From: Octopus bimaculoides
Lineage: Eukaryota
DNA length: 64,000 nt
Direction of reading: 5' to 3'
Assembly: GCF_001194135.2 (NCBI RefSeq)
Contig: NC_068983.1
Span: 114,809,438 to 114,873,437 of the forward strand
Under the pieces are notes generated by a model. It did not search any database, had not been told where the DNA came from, and saw only the letters and a program-made list of their open reading frames with translations. Positions 37,186 to 50,057 of this stretch are shown here, piece by piece; within the stretch, counting starts at the first letter, position 1, and each line of letters starts with the position of its first letter. The translations under genes were made by a program, and so were the position numbers.

Positions 37186-38110
37186 GAGATGGATAGAAAA
37201 GATGGGCTACTTTCAGGTTGTGTCCACCAAATCCATTCAAAAGTGCCCAAAGTGTCATGCAATGGGACTGAACCAGGAATGATATGGTAGGAAAACATTA
37301 TTTACCACACAGCCACACTATTTATACATATAGACATAAAACACACACATGCAGACACACATACACATGTAAGTATGAATGTATGTATGTATGTAGGTAT
37401 GTATGTATGACATAAATACACACACACACGCTCATATATAATGACAGACACACATCTTTATGCATGAGTGAGTCTGTGTAAGTACGCAAATAAATCAAGA
37501 TAATTCTAAAACACTATTACCTCAGTTAGCCACAAAAAAAAAGTAATAATTATAAGTTGAATGTGGATGTAATTATGTGTGTGTGCGTGCATGTGTGTGT
37601 AATCATAAACATATTGCACATTTACACATGAAGCCAAACACATACAGGGGCCATAACTCTTCTGTTGTGATAGAATCAGAGATAACGACAAAAAAGGAGT
37701 CTTTCTTTGTAGCTACAATAATTTCCTTCTTTAAAAGACATTGACACTAAGAAATGAGTGAGAGGAAGAGGATACAGGAGAAAGCAAGAGAAAGGGGGTG
37801 GAAGACCATTCGTTACCTCTGTATGTGTGTGTTATTATCATCATCATTATACATATATATCTTATCATCACTCATAAGCTGGTTCCTATGTATTTCCCCG
37901 AAGAAAAGTTTAAATCCTTACCAACATCACTTATTCCTTTGGAAGGTACAATTTGTAATCTTCGAAACATATGTTGGAAATAAAAGAATTCATTTAACAT
38001 ATGCGTTTTACTCCATTTACTAAATTTGTATATATATATATATATCTATATNNNNNNNNNNNNNNNNNNNNNNNNNNNNNNNNNNNNNNNNNNNTATATA
38101 TATATATATA

Positions 38111-38438
38111 TAAATGAGTAGCAAAGATGTACAGGTGTCAATTCATTACGATTGTTTCAAGTGACTCCTTTAATTGATTAATGAAAACATTACATCATTG
38201 CAAAGAAACCGTTTTCTTCAGATGACAGCATAGACTTCAAACAAAAAAGGACAAACAACCTTTGTTGGTGGTATGAATATGTTTAAGCGGTTTGTTTGTC
38301 CTTTTTGTTTGAAGTCTGTGCAGTCATTTGAAGAAAACAATTTCTTTGCAATGATGCAATGTTTTCATTAATCAATTAAAGGTGTTGCTTAAAATGATCA
38401 TAATAAATTGACACCTGTACATCTTTGTTACTCATTTA
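38111..38438. mobile_element. Fold-back element, ~150-bp arms (MITE-like)
   Basis: taaatgagtagcaaagatgtacaggtgtcaatt ... aattgacacctgtacatctttgttactcattta; the arms pair in to ggacaaacaa / tttgtttgtcc. Confidence 0.85.
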
Positions 38439-38701
38439 CATTTTATTCACCTACCCTGGATTCTGCACTTCGGAAATATTATAGAAAGTATTTTTATATT
38501 AAGTACATGTCTGAACAACCAAGAGCAGATATCTCCACTAAGTTGGGTCCTATTGTCTGCATAAACTGCAAGAATATCGGGTGCAAGTACTCCTGCACAG
38601 AGTTTGATATTCACCTGATATTGTTTGGGTACGCAAATTATTTGGCCTAATAAGGTGCCTTAATTTAAGTACCTAATTCAACTGAATCTTAACTGTTTGT
38701 T

Positions 38702-38733
<32 letters not shown>

Positions 38734-38757
38734 TGTATGTATGTATGTATGTATGTA

Positions 38758-38792
<35 letters not shown>

Positions 38793-39249
38793 ATGTATGT
38801 ATGTATGTATGTATGTATAGAGAAGTGGGGGTGAAGAAGGAGAGAAAATTATTGCTTGTAATTGCAGAAGCAGAAGATGAAAACTGGAATAATGGACAGA
38901 CAAATAGACAGGCAAACAGTCATTTAGACAGATGGAAAAATGACAGATTTAGAGATAGAAACAGAGATAAATTTTAAGACTGCAAAGAAAGATTCAAATG
39001 TGTGTGTGTGTGTGTGTGTGCGTGTGTGTGTGTGTGTGTGTGTAGGTATATATATATATATATATACATGTAGGAAACCATCCTGATGAAGGTGGCATTA
39101 TGTTTCTGTATTTGGAATACTTAAAATGCCATTTATACATTTATTGTACCCCTGAAATGGCCATAGATGATATCCTTTAGCTGAATTCACCCGAATCTGT
39201 ATATATTTATTTTATCTACCAATTTATCTACCTATTTTACCCCTGAATT

Positions 39250-39625
39250 TTTAACCCAGAACCATGTAGTTGGGAAACAAGCTTCTGACCACACAGCCAT
39301 GCCTGCGCCTATAAGCCATGTCTGTGTCTATAAGCCATGCCTGCACCTATTTGCCATGCCTGCACCTATATACATATATTAAATGGATGATATTTTCAAA
39401 TGAGATGTTACAACCTTATCTGATTGTCCAAGTACTTTAATTCTGTGCAAGTACATATATTTACTCGATTGTTGACCTCTATCAATGTTTCCCCAAATGC
39501 TTTGATGTGCCATTTTCTATCATTAATAAAACTGTCAGTATCTTGGACAACACAGCTATGCTAGTATATATAATATATATATGTATATTTGTGTGTGTGT
39601 GTGTGTGAAAGAGTGTGTGTGTGTT

Positions 39626-39698
<73 letters not shown>

Positions 39699-41301
39699 TT
39701 ATATATAGGTGCAGGTATGGCTGTGTGGTTAAGAAGCTGGCTTTGCAACCACATGGTTTTGGTTTCAGTCCCACTGCATGGTACCTTGAACAAGTATCTT
39801 CTACTATAGCCCTACGCTGACCAATACTTTGAATGAATTTGGGAAACAGAAACTGTGCAGAAGGTCACTTATATTTTTTAAGCATGGTACTTATTCTATC
39901 GATATCTTTTGTTGAACCACTAAGTTACAGGGATGTTAACACACCAACACCAGCTGGCAAGAGGTGGTGGGGACAAACAAAGGCACAAAGATATACGTAC
40001 ACACACACACACACATATGATGGGCTTCTTTTAGTTTCTATCTAACAAATCCACTTCACAAGCCTTCAATCAACCTGAGGTTATGATAGAAAACACTTGC
40101 CCAAGGTGCTGCACAGTGGAACTGAACCCAGAACCATGTGGTTGGGACTGCTGCTATAAGCACAATAACCCAACTGGATGTGTTGACCAAAATAACACAT
40201 AATAATATAGCCTACACATACATATGAATACAACATTTCCAGCTGTTAGCTGCTCTCAAAGTAGTCCCACACACCTTCCACTATCCCCATCTTCCACCCT
40301 ACCCATCTACATCTTTTCAGTACATCTTTTAGAAACAGAGTGAAGTGCAAAAAAAAAAATAACATTTAAAATGACATATTCTTGGAAGTAATGCTTTTAA
40401 TTTGGCACACCATAGCTAGAATGTATTCAAGTTTTTGAGAAGAACAAATAAACAAAACAAAAAAACAAAAAATTCAGCATCAAATATGTTATTTGGAGAA
40501 AAGCTATATATTAAAGAAACTGCTTCCACACCTTTGGCTAGGTATTATTTTTCAAATCAAGGAAGCCAACACATACTTCAAAATATCTTGCACCCACTCA
40601 CATGATGAAACAACTTTGTCATTGAAATTGAAATGAGTGGGGTAGGTAAAAATTTACAAATTTACTGGGAATTGTACAACAAAAGGATATTTATATACAA
40701 TTTATAACCAGGCACAGGAGTGACTGTGTGGTAGGTAGCTTGCTTACAGACCACATGGTTCTGGGTTCAGTCCCACTGCATGGCACCTTGGGGAAGTGTC
40801 TTCTACTATAGCCTCGGGCCGACCAAAGCCTTGTGAGTGGATTTAGTAGACGGAAACTGAAAGAAGCCCATCGTGTATATGTATATATATATATGTGTGT
40901 GTGTGTGTGTATATGTTTGTATGTCTGTATTTGTCCCCACAACATCGCTTGACAACCGATGTTGGTATGTTTATGTCCCCGTAACTTAGCAGTTCGGCAA
41001 AAGAGACCGATAGAATAAGTACTAGGCTTACAAATAATAAGTCCTGGGGTCGATTTGCTCGACTAAAGGCGGTGCTCCAGCATGGCTGCAGTCAAGTGCC
41101 TGAAATGATTAAAATGACTGAAACAAGTAAAAGAGTAGGCACAGGAGTGACTGTGTGGTAGGTAGCTTGCTTACCGACCACATGGTTCTGGGTTCAGTCC
41201 CACTGCGTAGCTCCTTGGGCAAGTGTCTTCTATTATAGCCTCTGGCTGATCAAATCCATTTGTGAGTGGATTTGGTAGATGGAAACTGAAAGAAGCCCAT
41301 C

Positions 41302-41341
<40 letters not shown>

Positions 41342-41990
41342 TTGTGTGTCTGCGTTTGTCCCCACCATCGCTTGACAACCGATGCTGGTGTGTTTACCGC
41401 CCCGTAACTTAGCAGTTTTCCAAATGAAACTGATAGAATGAGTACTTCGCTTACAAAGAATGAATCCTGGGGTCAATTTGTTTGACTAAAGGCAGTGCTC
41501 CAGCATGGCTGCAGTCAAGTGCCTGAAATAATTAAAAGAATAAAAGTGTAAAGGAGTATTACATTGCTTGGTGAATTACCATTTGTCAGGCAAAATATGC
41601 ACAGGTATGGCTGTGTGGTTAAGAAGCTTGTATTGCAACCATTTGCTTTCAAGTTCAGTCTCACTGTGTGGTACCTTGGACAAGTGGCTTCTATTATAGC
41701 CCTGGGTCAACCGATGTCTTGTGAGAGAATTTGGTAAATAAAAACTATGTGGAAGCCTGCTATGTATATATACATATACATCTTTTATCTTTTACCCATT
41801 TCAGTCATCAGACTACAGTCATGCTGGGGCACCGCCTTAAAGGATTTTTGGTCAAATGAATCGACCCCAGTACTTTTCCAGTTTTTAAAGCTTGGTGCTT
41901 ACTCTGTCAGTTTCTTTTGCTGAACCATTAAGTTACAGGGACGTAAACACACAACACTAGTTGCCAAGCCATGTCAGTGGATTTGGTAGA
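39250..41990. mobile_element. Cluster of SINE A copies in both orientations, including a head-to-tail dimer at 40711-41545
   Basis: Plus-strand heads at 39709, 40711, 41138 and ~41560; minus-strand bodies at ~39860-40145 and ~41760-41990. Confidence 0.85.
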
Positions 41991-42066
41991 CAGAAGAAAT
42001 TATTACAGATATGCAGAATAAATTATTACAGGAAATGTTGCATACTTCAGAGACTCCAGTAAATAA

Positions 42067-42102
42067 GATCTGAAGAAGGAATTGTGATTCCGAAATATCA
42101 TC
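42067..42102 (+). ncRNA. Minimal type I hammerhead motif (Penelope-type)
   Basis: gat CTGAAGA a GGAAT tgtg ATTCC GAAA ta TC atc: canonical core, 5-bp stem II, palindromic ATAT in place of stem III, 3-bp stem I. Confidence 0.6.
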
Positions 42103-43029
42103 GGACTATAGATAACCAAGTTACAACAGGTATATAGTCCATTTCTTGTTCTATAGTGCATTGTTATACCATTCTAAACTTTTTATTCTTTACAAACAAT
42201 ATACAATGCTTCAAGTGAACTACAATACTCTCTTAAAAAAAATAATATACAAGTAAACAATAAAAGAAAAAGAAAAATGTACAACATGCACACACACACA
42301 CACACATTATGTATGTTACATCATACTGTTTTTTTTCTAATTGAATATATACATGTGAGATGAAAATGAAACATTAGAGAAGTGTATGCATATCAACACA
42401 TCACTGCAACTGTCATCATTTTTCCATGTTTGCATAGGCCAGATGAGAGTCAAATCTCAAATTCTGTCGTTTTGCCATCTGAAAACATGTGAACCCCTTT
42501 TATAGATGGATGCCCTTCTTATCACTGCCCATTTTACAAAGTCGAGTGGAGCTGTTTTATAGCAGCAATAACAATACGGAGGTTGTCTGTGGTAGGACTA
42601 AACAGTCCATACTCAGTATCCATTTTTATCCATAGTTACTGACCTGCACTGTGGCTTATAGAATCAACATTTCCTCTAGACATTTCTTCCTTCCACTACC
42701 CAATATATTGTTGTGTGTGTGTGTGGTTGGGTATTTTCTCAAAAAGTAATGCAAATATGGGACTGATTGTTTTACTAATTGATGTAGGTTGTTTAAATTA
42801 CAGTCGGTAGAGTAGCCCTTCTTCTATACAAAGGTACTATTCAATACAGTTTCCATCACAAACAATGCATTTGAACTATCACAAAACCCAACTTCCAAAT
42901 CCTCTTTGAAAAAATTCAAGTGTGCATTGTTGTACCCATTTCTTTACAGTCGCTGAAAATCAGCGAGCACCAGATTTGAACTGTACAGCAGAGAATCGTT
43001 GACCAGTCCAGTTGATCATTTACCTGATT

Positions 43030-44850
43030 TGTTGTCCTTATGAAAGACTGCTGAATGTGGAGAATGAATGGGAGGAGGAGAGCCTGCCAAATGTTGACCC
43101 AGTTGAGGGACCAGCTACCCGAATCAACAGCACTCTGGTAGATAAAGCAATTAAGGATATGAAGTCAGGAAAAGCCCTTGGTCCATCAGGGATCACTGCT
43201 GAGATGCTTAAAATATCTGGCGGTGTGGGTTATAGTCTAGTCACCCATATCGTAAATCAGGTAATTCATGAAGGAGTCATACCTAATGACTGGTGTAGCA
43301 GCACCAGAGTCAACTGCTACAAAGGTAAAGGTGATGCTTTAAATAGAAATAACTACAGGGGTATCGAATTGCTGGATCAGGTGATGAATGTCACGGAGAG
43401 GGTCATAGCCCAACTGATTAAGGAGAGAGTTAGTTTAGATGAGATGCAGTTTGGTTTTGTGCCAGGTAGAAGCACCACTGATGCAATATTTCTGGTAAGG
43501 CAACTGCAGGAGAAATACCTAGTCAAAGATAAACTTCTGTACTTAGCTTTTGTTGATTTGGAGAAAGCCTTTGACAAGGTCAACTGATCCCTTATCTGGT
43601 GGGCAACACAGAAACTAGGGATAGATGAGTGGTTAGTAAGAGCTGTACAGGCCATGTACAGGGATGCTGTCAGTATGGTGAGGGTTGGCAACAAGTATAG
43701 TGAAGAATTCTGAATAGAAGTAGGGGTTCACTAAGGATCAGTCCTCAGCACCCCCTTATTTATCATAGTTCTCCAGGCAATAACAGAGGAATTCAAGGCA
43801 GGCTGCTTCCGGGAGCGCCTCTATGCTGATGACCTTGCTCTCACAGCTGAATCACTACCAGAACTAGAGAAAAAATTTCAGGTGTGGAAGTAAGGTCGAG
43901 AATTGAAGGGCCTTAGAGTCAATGTAAAACTGAAAGTCCTAGTAAGTAGAAAGGCAAACAAATCACAAACACCTTCAGGTAGATGGCCCTGCTCAATCTG
44001 TAGAAAATATGTAGATAGAAACTCTATAAGATGTGCCCAGTGTAAGCTATGGACACATAAGAGGTACAGCAATATCAAAGGAAGGTTAACCAGGATGATA
44101 GTTTTTGTGTGCGGCAGATGTACAGGGGCAATAAAGACTGAAGATGTTCAGAAAACAGATTCCATCACATAGGATGAGGTGGTGAACCATAGCCTTCGAA
44201 TGTTGGGCCTCACAGAGGCAATGACAAGAGACCGAGACATTTGGAGATATGCCATGATTGAGAAGACCTGGTAAATAAAGTGAGATTACAGCCATAACCT
44301 ATACCAGTGTCTTATAACCAGCCCATTTAAAAGTACTCTTGAATCATCGGGTGATACACTGTGCTTGAGAAGACCTATAGAGTCAAGTGAAATCAAAATC
44401 AAAATGGAAATTGTAGTTGTAGCTGATGCCAGTGCCACCTGGCTGGCACCCATGCTGGTGGCACGTAATAAGCACCATTCAAACATGGGTCAACGCCAGT
44501 ACCACCCGACTGGCTTCTCATACCAGTGACATGTGAAAAGCACCATCCGAACATGGTCGATGCTAGTCCCCACCCCACTGACTGGCTCCAGTGCCAGTGG
44601 CACATAAAAAGCACCATCCGAACTTGGTCGATGTCAGTGCTACCTGACTGGCTTCTGTGCTGGTGGCACATAAAAAGCACCCACTACACTCTCGGAGTGG
44701 TTGGTGTTAGGAAGGGCATCCAGATGTAGAAACATTGCCACATCAGATTGGAGCCTGGTGCAGCCTACAGGCTTGCCAGTCCCCAGTCAAACCATCTAAC
44801 TCATGCCAGCATGCAAAACGGACGTTAAACAATGATGATGATGATGATGA
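43030..44850 (+). mobile_element. Decayed, 5'-truncated and internally deleted RTE-LINE
   Basis: KALGPSGITAEMLK...NYRGI...MQFGFVPGRSTTDAIF...AFVDLEKAFD...YADD (43822-43833), then a Cys/His finger (43990-44121), a jump to the ORF2 end (~44170), a UTR with repeated ggcacataaaaagcacc motifs, and a (GAT)n tail. Several in-frame stops. Confidence 0.93.
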
Positions 44851-45455
44851 AGATAATGATTATGTATGTAATCATGCACTGTCATGGTGAATGTGGATCG
44901 TTTTCACACTTTTGTTAGGTCCCTTCTTCCTGATGACTTTTCTAAGCTTCCTTTTGTGTGTTGGCGTGGGTGTGTAGTGAAGGTCTTCACTTCCAAACCA
45001 CTGGTTTTACGAGCAGTCCCGCTGAGTGGCACCATGAGAAAGTGTCTTGTGCTATATCCCAAGACTAACCAAAGTCTTGTGAGTAGATTTGACAGACAGA
45101 AACTAAAAGAACCTTGTTATGCCTGTGTGCTTGTGCTTGTGCATGTGTATATGTGTGTGTGTGTGTGTATGCACAAACACACACACACACATATATATAC
45201 ATGTGTGTGCATGGCTGTGTGCGTATGTGTATACATGTTTGTGTCATCTTCATACTGCATGGTAATTGTAAACTGGTATCATTCTCCATACAAATAGTCC
45301 TTCACTTCCAATCTGTCATGAAGACATGCCCAGCCATCAGGAAATATTACCTTGATTGCATTCAGGTGAGGATTAGTGATAGGAACAGCACTTGGCCATA
45401 GAATCTCTGTCACAAAAAACTCCATGAAAAGCATGGAAAGGTGGATGTTAAAGTA

Positions 45456-45486
<31 letters not shown>

Positions 45487-46018
45487 CAATGATGATGATG
45501 ATGATAACGATGATGATGATGATGATTTCTATCTTAACTTTCACTTTTCAACTTGTGCACACACACACACACATACAACACATACATACATATTTATACA
45601 CAAACACACAAGTGTACACAAATTCAAATGTATACTAAAACACACACGTGCGTGCACACACACACACACAGACAACAGAGTGTAATATAAGGTAAACAAA
45701 GAAGCGAAGAACTGGATTCTTTTCATGTGTCATGCTCCTCCCTACACCTCACCCCCACCCTACACCTCACCCCCACTCTGAAATCCACCTGATCTCTTCC
45801 ACTTCTAGTATTTTTACAGATAAACTCATGTAGATATAACAGGGATAGGCTTCTCCTTAGACAAAGAAGTCATAAATCAATTAAAGATTGAACACCTGAA
45901 CAACACACTCATTTGTTGGTGGCCTACCTTTGCTGTTTGCAGATCTTTCTTATGCCAACCCACGTACATAGTAAGGGTATATGTGACTATTACTCAAGTG
46001 TAAACAAAAAATAATACT

Positions 46019-47172
46019 ATGAAAATAACAATACACAGAAAGAGCATGACAACTACTTTTTCCAAATCCAAGAGGAACCCACTGACTAATCAACACTTAA
46101 CCGCATTTGAAGAGGAATTATTTAGTATAGCTAAGAACATGAAGTTCAGGAAATACCCTAGAAGGTGCAATATACATCGGCAGAAAATCAGAAGATTACT
46201 TGATTTCAAGAAAGCTCCCGGAATACTTGTACCAGTGGATAAAACAAGTAATATTTACATTGTTGATATTGAGTTATATAAGTCTATGATTAGGAAGGAA
46301 TTACACAGCAAATATAGACATGCTAGTCACAATACATTAAAAAGAACAGGGTTATGAATTAGAGATTCAGTTATAGATGATAGAACCAAGCCATAGGTCC
46401 CTAGAAAACCCCGGATTATGCTGAAGGACCATAAACCCACCTTTCTTACTGTCCCTTCAGTTAGATTGATTTGTCCTTCTAAATCCAATATAGGCGTTGT
46501 TAGTAAAAAAAATCATTGATAGGATAATACTTGCTCATAAGTCTAAAATTAGATTAGCCCTTTGGTCAGATACCCAAGAAGTGGTTGGATGGCTTAAGCT
46601 TCTAGAAATTAGTAGGAATAGTAAATTCTTGCAACTAGATATAGAGAGCTATGCCACTATTAACCAGGTCATCTTTAATAAAGCCCTGATTTATAGTATG
46701 AGAAATTCCAGTTTGTCCCCGACACAAAATAGATATAATACTTGCCACACAAGCCACTTTAGTAGATTTTGATGGTAGATTATGGAATAGATTAGATAGG
46801 GAGAATGCTTTTGATACAGTAATGGGGTCATCTGACTCTGTACAGGTTACAGACCTAGTTGGAATATATATCCTATCATTAATCCAGTCTTACTTTCTGA
46901 AAGTAACAAGAGGTCTATATAGGGATGATGCCTTATTTTTTCTGGACAGAATTAAAGAAGTACAATTAGAAAGGCATAGCAAAAATTTATTTAGATTTTT
47001 TTTTTAAATTTAGGACGAAATATTACTACGGGAAAAGGTTATCGTAGGGTAAATTTTTTTGACGCTACCTTCTGTCTTGATACTGGATTATTTGAATCAT
47101 TTCATAAGCCAAATGATCACATTAAGTACATAAATGTAGCATCCAACCATCCACCATCAATAATAAGCCAGA
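46019..47172 (+). mobile_element. Decayed Penelope-like reverse transcriptase
   Basis: VPVDKTSNIY, LKDHKP..VRLICPSKS, FLQLDIESY, MGSSDSVQVTDLVG, GLYRDD, VNFFD, KYINVASNHPPSI. Has stops and frameshifts; the endonuclease is absent. Confidence 0.9.
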
Positions 47173-47220
47173 GATAATCCTCAAATAATTTTCATTTCCT
47201 ATCATCATTATTATTGTTGT

Positions 47221-47929
47221 TAAGGTGCTGGTAGAATTGTTAATACATTGCGCAAAATGCTAAGCAGCATTTTGTCCGTCTTCACATTCTGAGTTCAAAT
47301 TCCGTTGAGGTCGACTTTGCTTTTCATCCTTTTGGGGTTGATAAATTAAGTATCAGTGAAACACTGGGGTCGATGTAATTGACTCATCCCCTACCCCAAA
47401 GTGGCTGCCCTTGTAGCAAAATTTGAAACCATTATTACTATTATTATTATTATTATCATTATTATTATTAAGGCAGTGAGCTGGCAGAATCGTTAGCATG
47501 CTGGACAAAATGCTTAGCAGCATTTCATCCTTCTTCAAATTCCACCGAGGTCAACTTTGCCTTTCATCCTTTCAGAGTCAATACATTAAGTACTAATGAA
47601 ACACTGGGGTCGATGTAATCAACTAGTCTCCTCCCACCAAATTTCAGGCCTTGTGCCTTCAGTAGAAAGGATTATTATTATCATCAAGGCACTGAGCTGG
47701 CAGAATTGTTACCACACTGAGAAAAATGCTTAACAGGATTTCTTCCAACTTTACGTTCTGAGTTCAAATGCCGCTGAGGTCGACTTTGCCTTTCATCCTT
47801 TCAGGGTCGATAAAATAAAGTACCAATTGAATGCTGGGGTCAATATACTTGATTTACCCTGTCCCTTGTAATTGCTGGCCTTCTACCAAAATTTGAAACC
47901 GTTATTATTATTATTATTATTATTATTAT
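47221..47929 (+). mobile_element. Three head-to-tail copies of SINE family C separated by (ATT)n
   Basis: Starts at 47221, 47470 and 47686 (aaggc..gagctggcagaat..., B box gagttcaaat, tail attatt). A fourth copy lies at ~49388-49528. Confidence 0.85.
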
Positions 47930-48970
47930 AGATGTTGCACAGTATACAATACTGTGAGGTTGTTTATTGGAGATATTGTGTCTACTGGGGGTTTGTACTG
48001 TTTGTCAAGTCACAACAAGGACCTCAGACACAAAGTACTTTACGCAATATGCGTGCAGTTCCAAGTAATGCACCTATTTTACAATACACCTATATTGTAG
48101 GGTATTTCTAAAGTTTTCAGATGTTTTTTTCAGGTTGGGTGGTATTGAACCCAATGCTCCGATGATAATAGGGATAACCTTTATGTTTGACTCTCATAGC
48201 TGCCACATCCTAGCAATCTCAATTCTCAGGTCCATATATTTATCAACTTTTTCTCTTTCTTTCATGATAATATATTGATCTCCTGGCACTGCCATGTTAA
48301 TTATTAGGCTCTCTTGTTTGTCCCTCCTAAAGGTTACTATATCCGGCCTTCAGTACTCTATCTTGTCGGTCTGGAAGTCAAAGTCCCAAAGGATTTTTGC
48401 CTTCCATTTTTCATCCATTACCTTTTTCAGTGTATGTTGGTACCAAGCACCAATAACCTCATATCCATACTTACAGCATAGTAGCCAGTGGAGGTTTTAG
48501 GCTACCTTGTCATGTCTATGCTTGTACTCTTTCTGCATAAGACTTTCACAAGCACTATCAACGTGAGTCATGCTTTCGACCCTCTTCCCACACATTCTGC
48601 AGAGGTTTGTTGCACTTGTGTGATATATATATATATATCCCTTTTCACTGAATTGGTATTCAATGCCTGGTCCTAGGCAGCAATGATTAGGCTTTCAGTA
48701 TTCTTTTTTAGGTCACCCTTGTTAAGCCACCTCCATGATGCTTCCTGGTCTTTTAATTTGTTGGTTTCACAGTGGAACTGGCCATGTAACTCTATGCAGA
48801 GTAGGGTTTCTTCACTTTTGTTGGCTGTTCTTGATCAGAATTCATGAGCACTTTCAAGTTCATTTCTGTTAAATCCTTCTGCATTAGCAGCATACTGTAG
48901 TAGGTCTTGTTTGCTGTTTACCAAATATTCTGCCATGTTTCTTCTTTCACTGTTGATGTACTCCCATATG
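47926..48970 (-). mobile_element. 5'-truncated R4/Dong-like LINE (zinc knuckle and restriction-like endonuclease)
   Basis: LHGQFH...SWRWLNKGDLKKNTESLIIAA*DQALNT...CRMCGKRVESMTHVDSAC...RHDKVA...ILWDFDFQTD...RPDIV...AVPGD...KVDKY...IPIIIGALG...ALLGTARILRKVL; ends in (TAA)n. Confidence 0.9.
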
Positions 48971-49030
48971 CTATATCATTATCATTAATATTATATTATT
49001 TTAAATGGATTGACGTAACTCCTCACAAAG

Positions 49031-49323
49031 GACAATACAAAGAGCGCAATGCGATTGCAATAGATATTTTATTGGTTTTAAATATTTTGACAGCTTGCCT
49101 GTCTTTGTCGAGTTCAAAATGTAAAGTGATGCATAAAAATTCAAAATTATTTCCATGTGGGAACACAAGTCACCATCATACAAATTTTTGAATTTAAATT
49201 TCTATAATTTTGAATTTTTATATATCACTTTTCATTTTGAACTCAATGAAGACAGGCAAGCTGTCAAAATATTTCAAACCAATAAAATATCTATTGCAAT
49301 CACATCACGTTCTTCATTTTGTC
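49031..49323. repeat. Fold-back, ~120-bp arms and ~55-bp spacer
   Basis: gattgcaatagatattttattggttt..aaatattttgacagcttgcctgtctt is mirrored at 49250-49300. Confidence 0.9.
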
Positions 49324-49385
<62 letters not shown>

Positions 49386-49918
49386 GGAAGGCAGCGAGCT
49401 GGCGGAATCATTAGCACACTGGGCAAAATCCTGAGTTCAAATTCCATTGAGGTCAACTTTGCCTTTCATCCTTTAGGGGTCAAAAAAATAAGTACCAGCT
49501 GAGCACTGATGTCAATGTACTCGACTTAGGCGAAGAAGTGGCTGTGTGGTAATTAACTTGCTTACCAAGCACATAGTTCCNNNNNNNNNNNNNNNNNNNN
49601 NNNNNNNNNNNNNNNNNNNNNNNNNNNNNNNNNNNNNNNNNNNNNNNNNNNNNNNNNNNNNNNNNNNNNNNNNNNNNNNNNNNNNNNNNNNNNNNNNNNN
49701 NNNNNNNNNNNNNNNNNNNNNNNNNNNNNNNNNNNNNNNNNNNNNNNNNNNNNNNNNNNNNNNNNNNNNNNNNNNNNNNNNNNNNNNNNNNNNNNNNNNN
49801 NNNNNNNNNNNNNNNNNNNNNNNNNNNNNNNNNNNNNNNNNNNNNNNNNNNNNNNNNNNNNNNNNNNNNNNNNNNNNNNNNNNNNNNNNNNNNNNNNNNN
49901 NNNNNNNNNNNNNNNNNN

Positions 49919-49958
<40 letters not shown>

Positions 49959-50057
49959 TTCAGTAAAAATTTAGATTCAGATGAATATGGTACTTAAGTT
50001 GAAGCACCAGAATTTAGTACGATATTATCCATACAATTTCAAAGTAAGGTGATTAAA

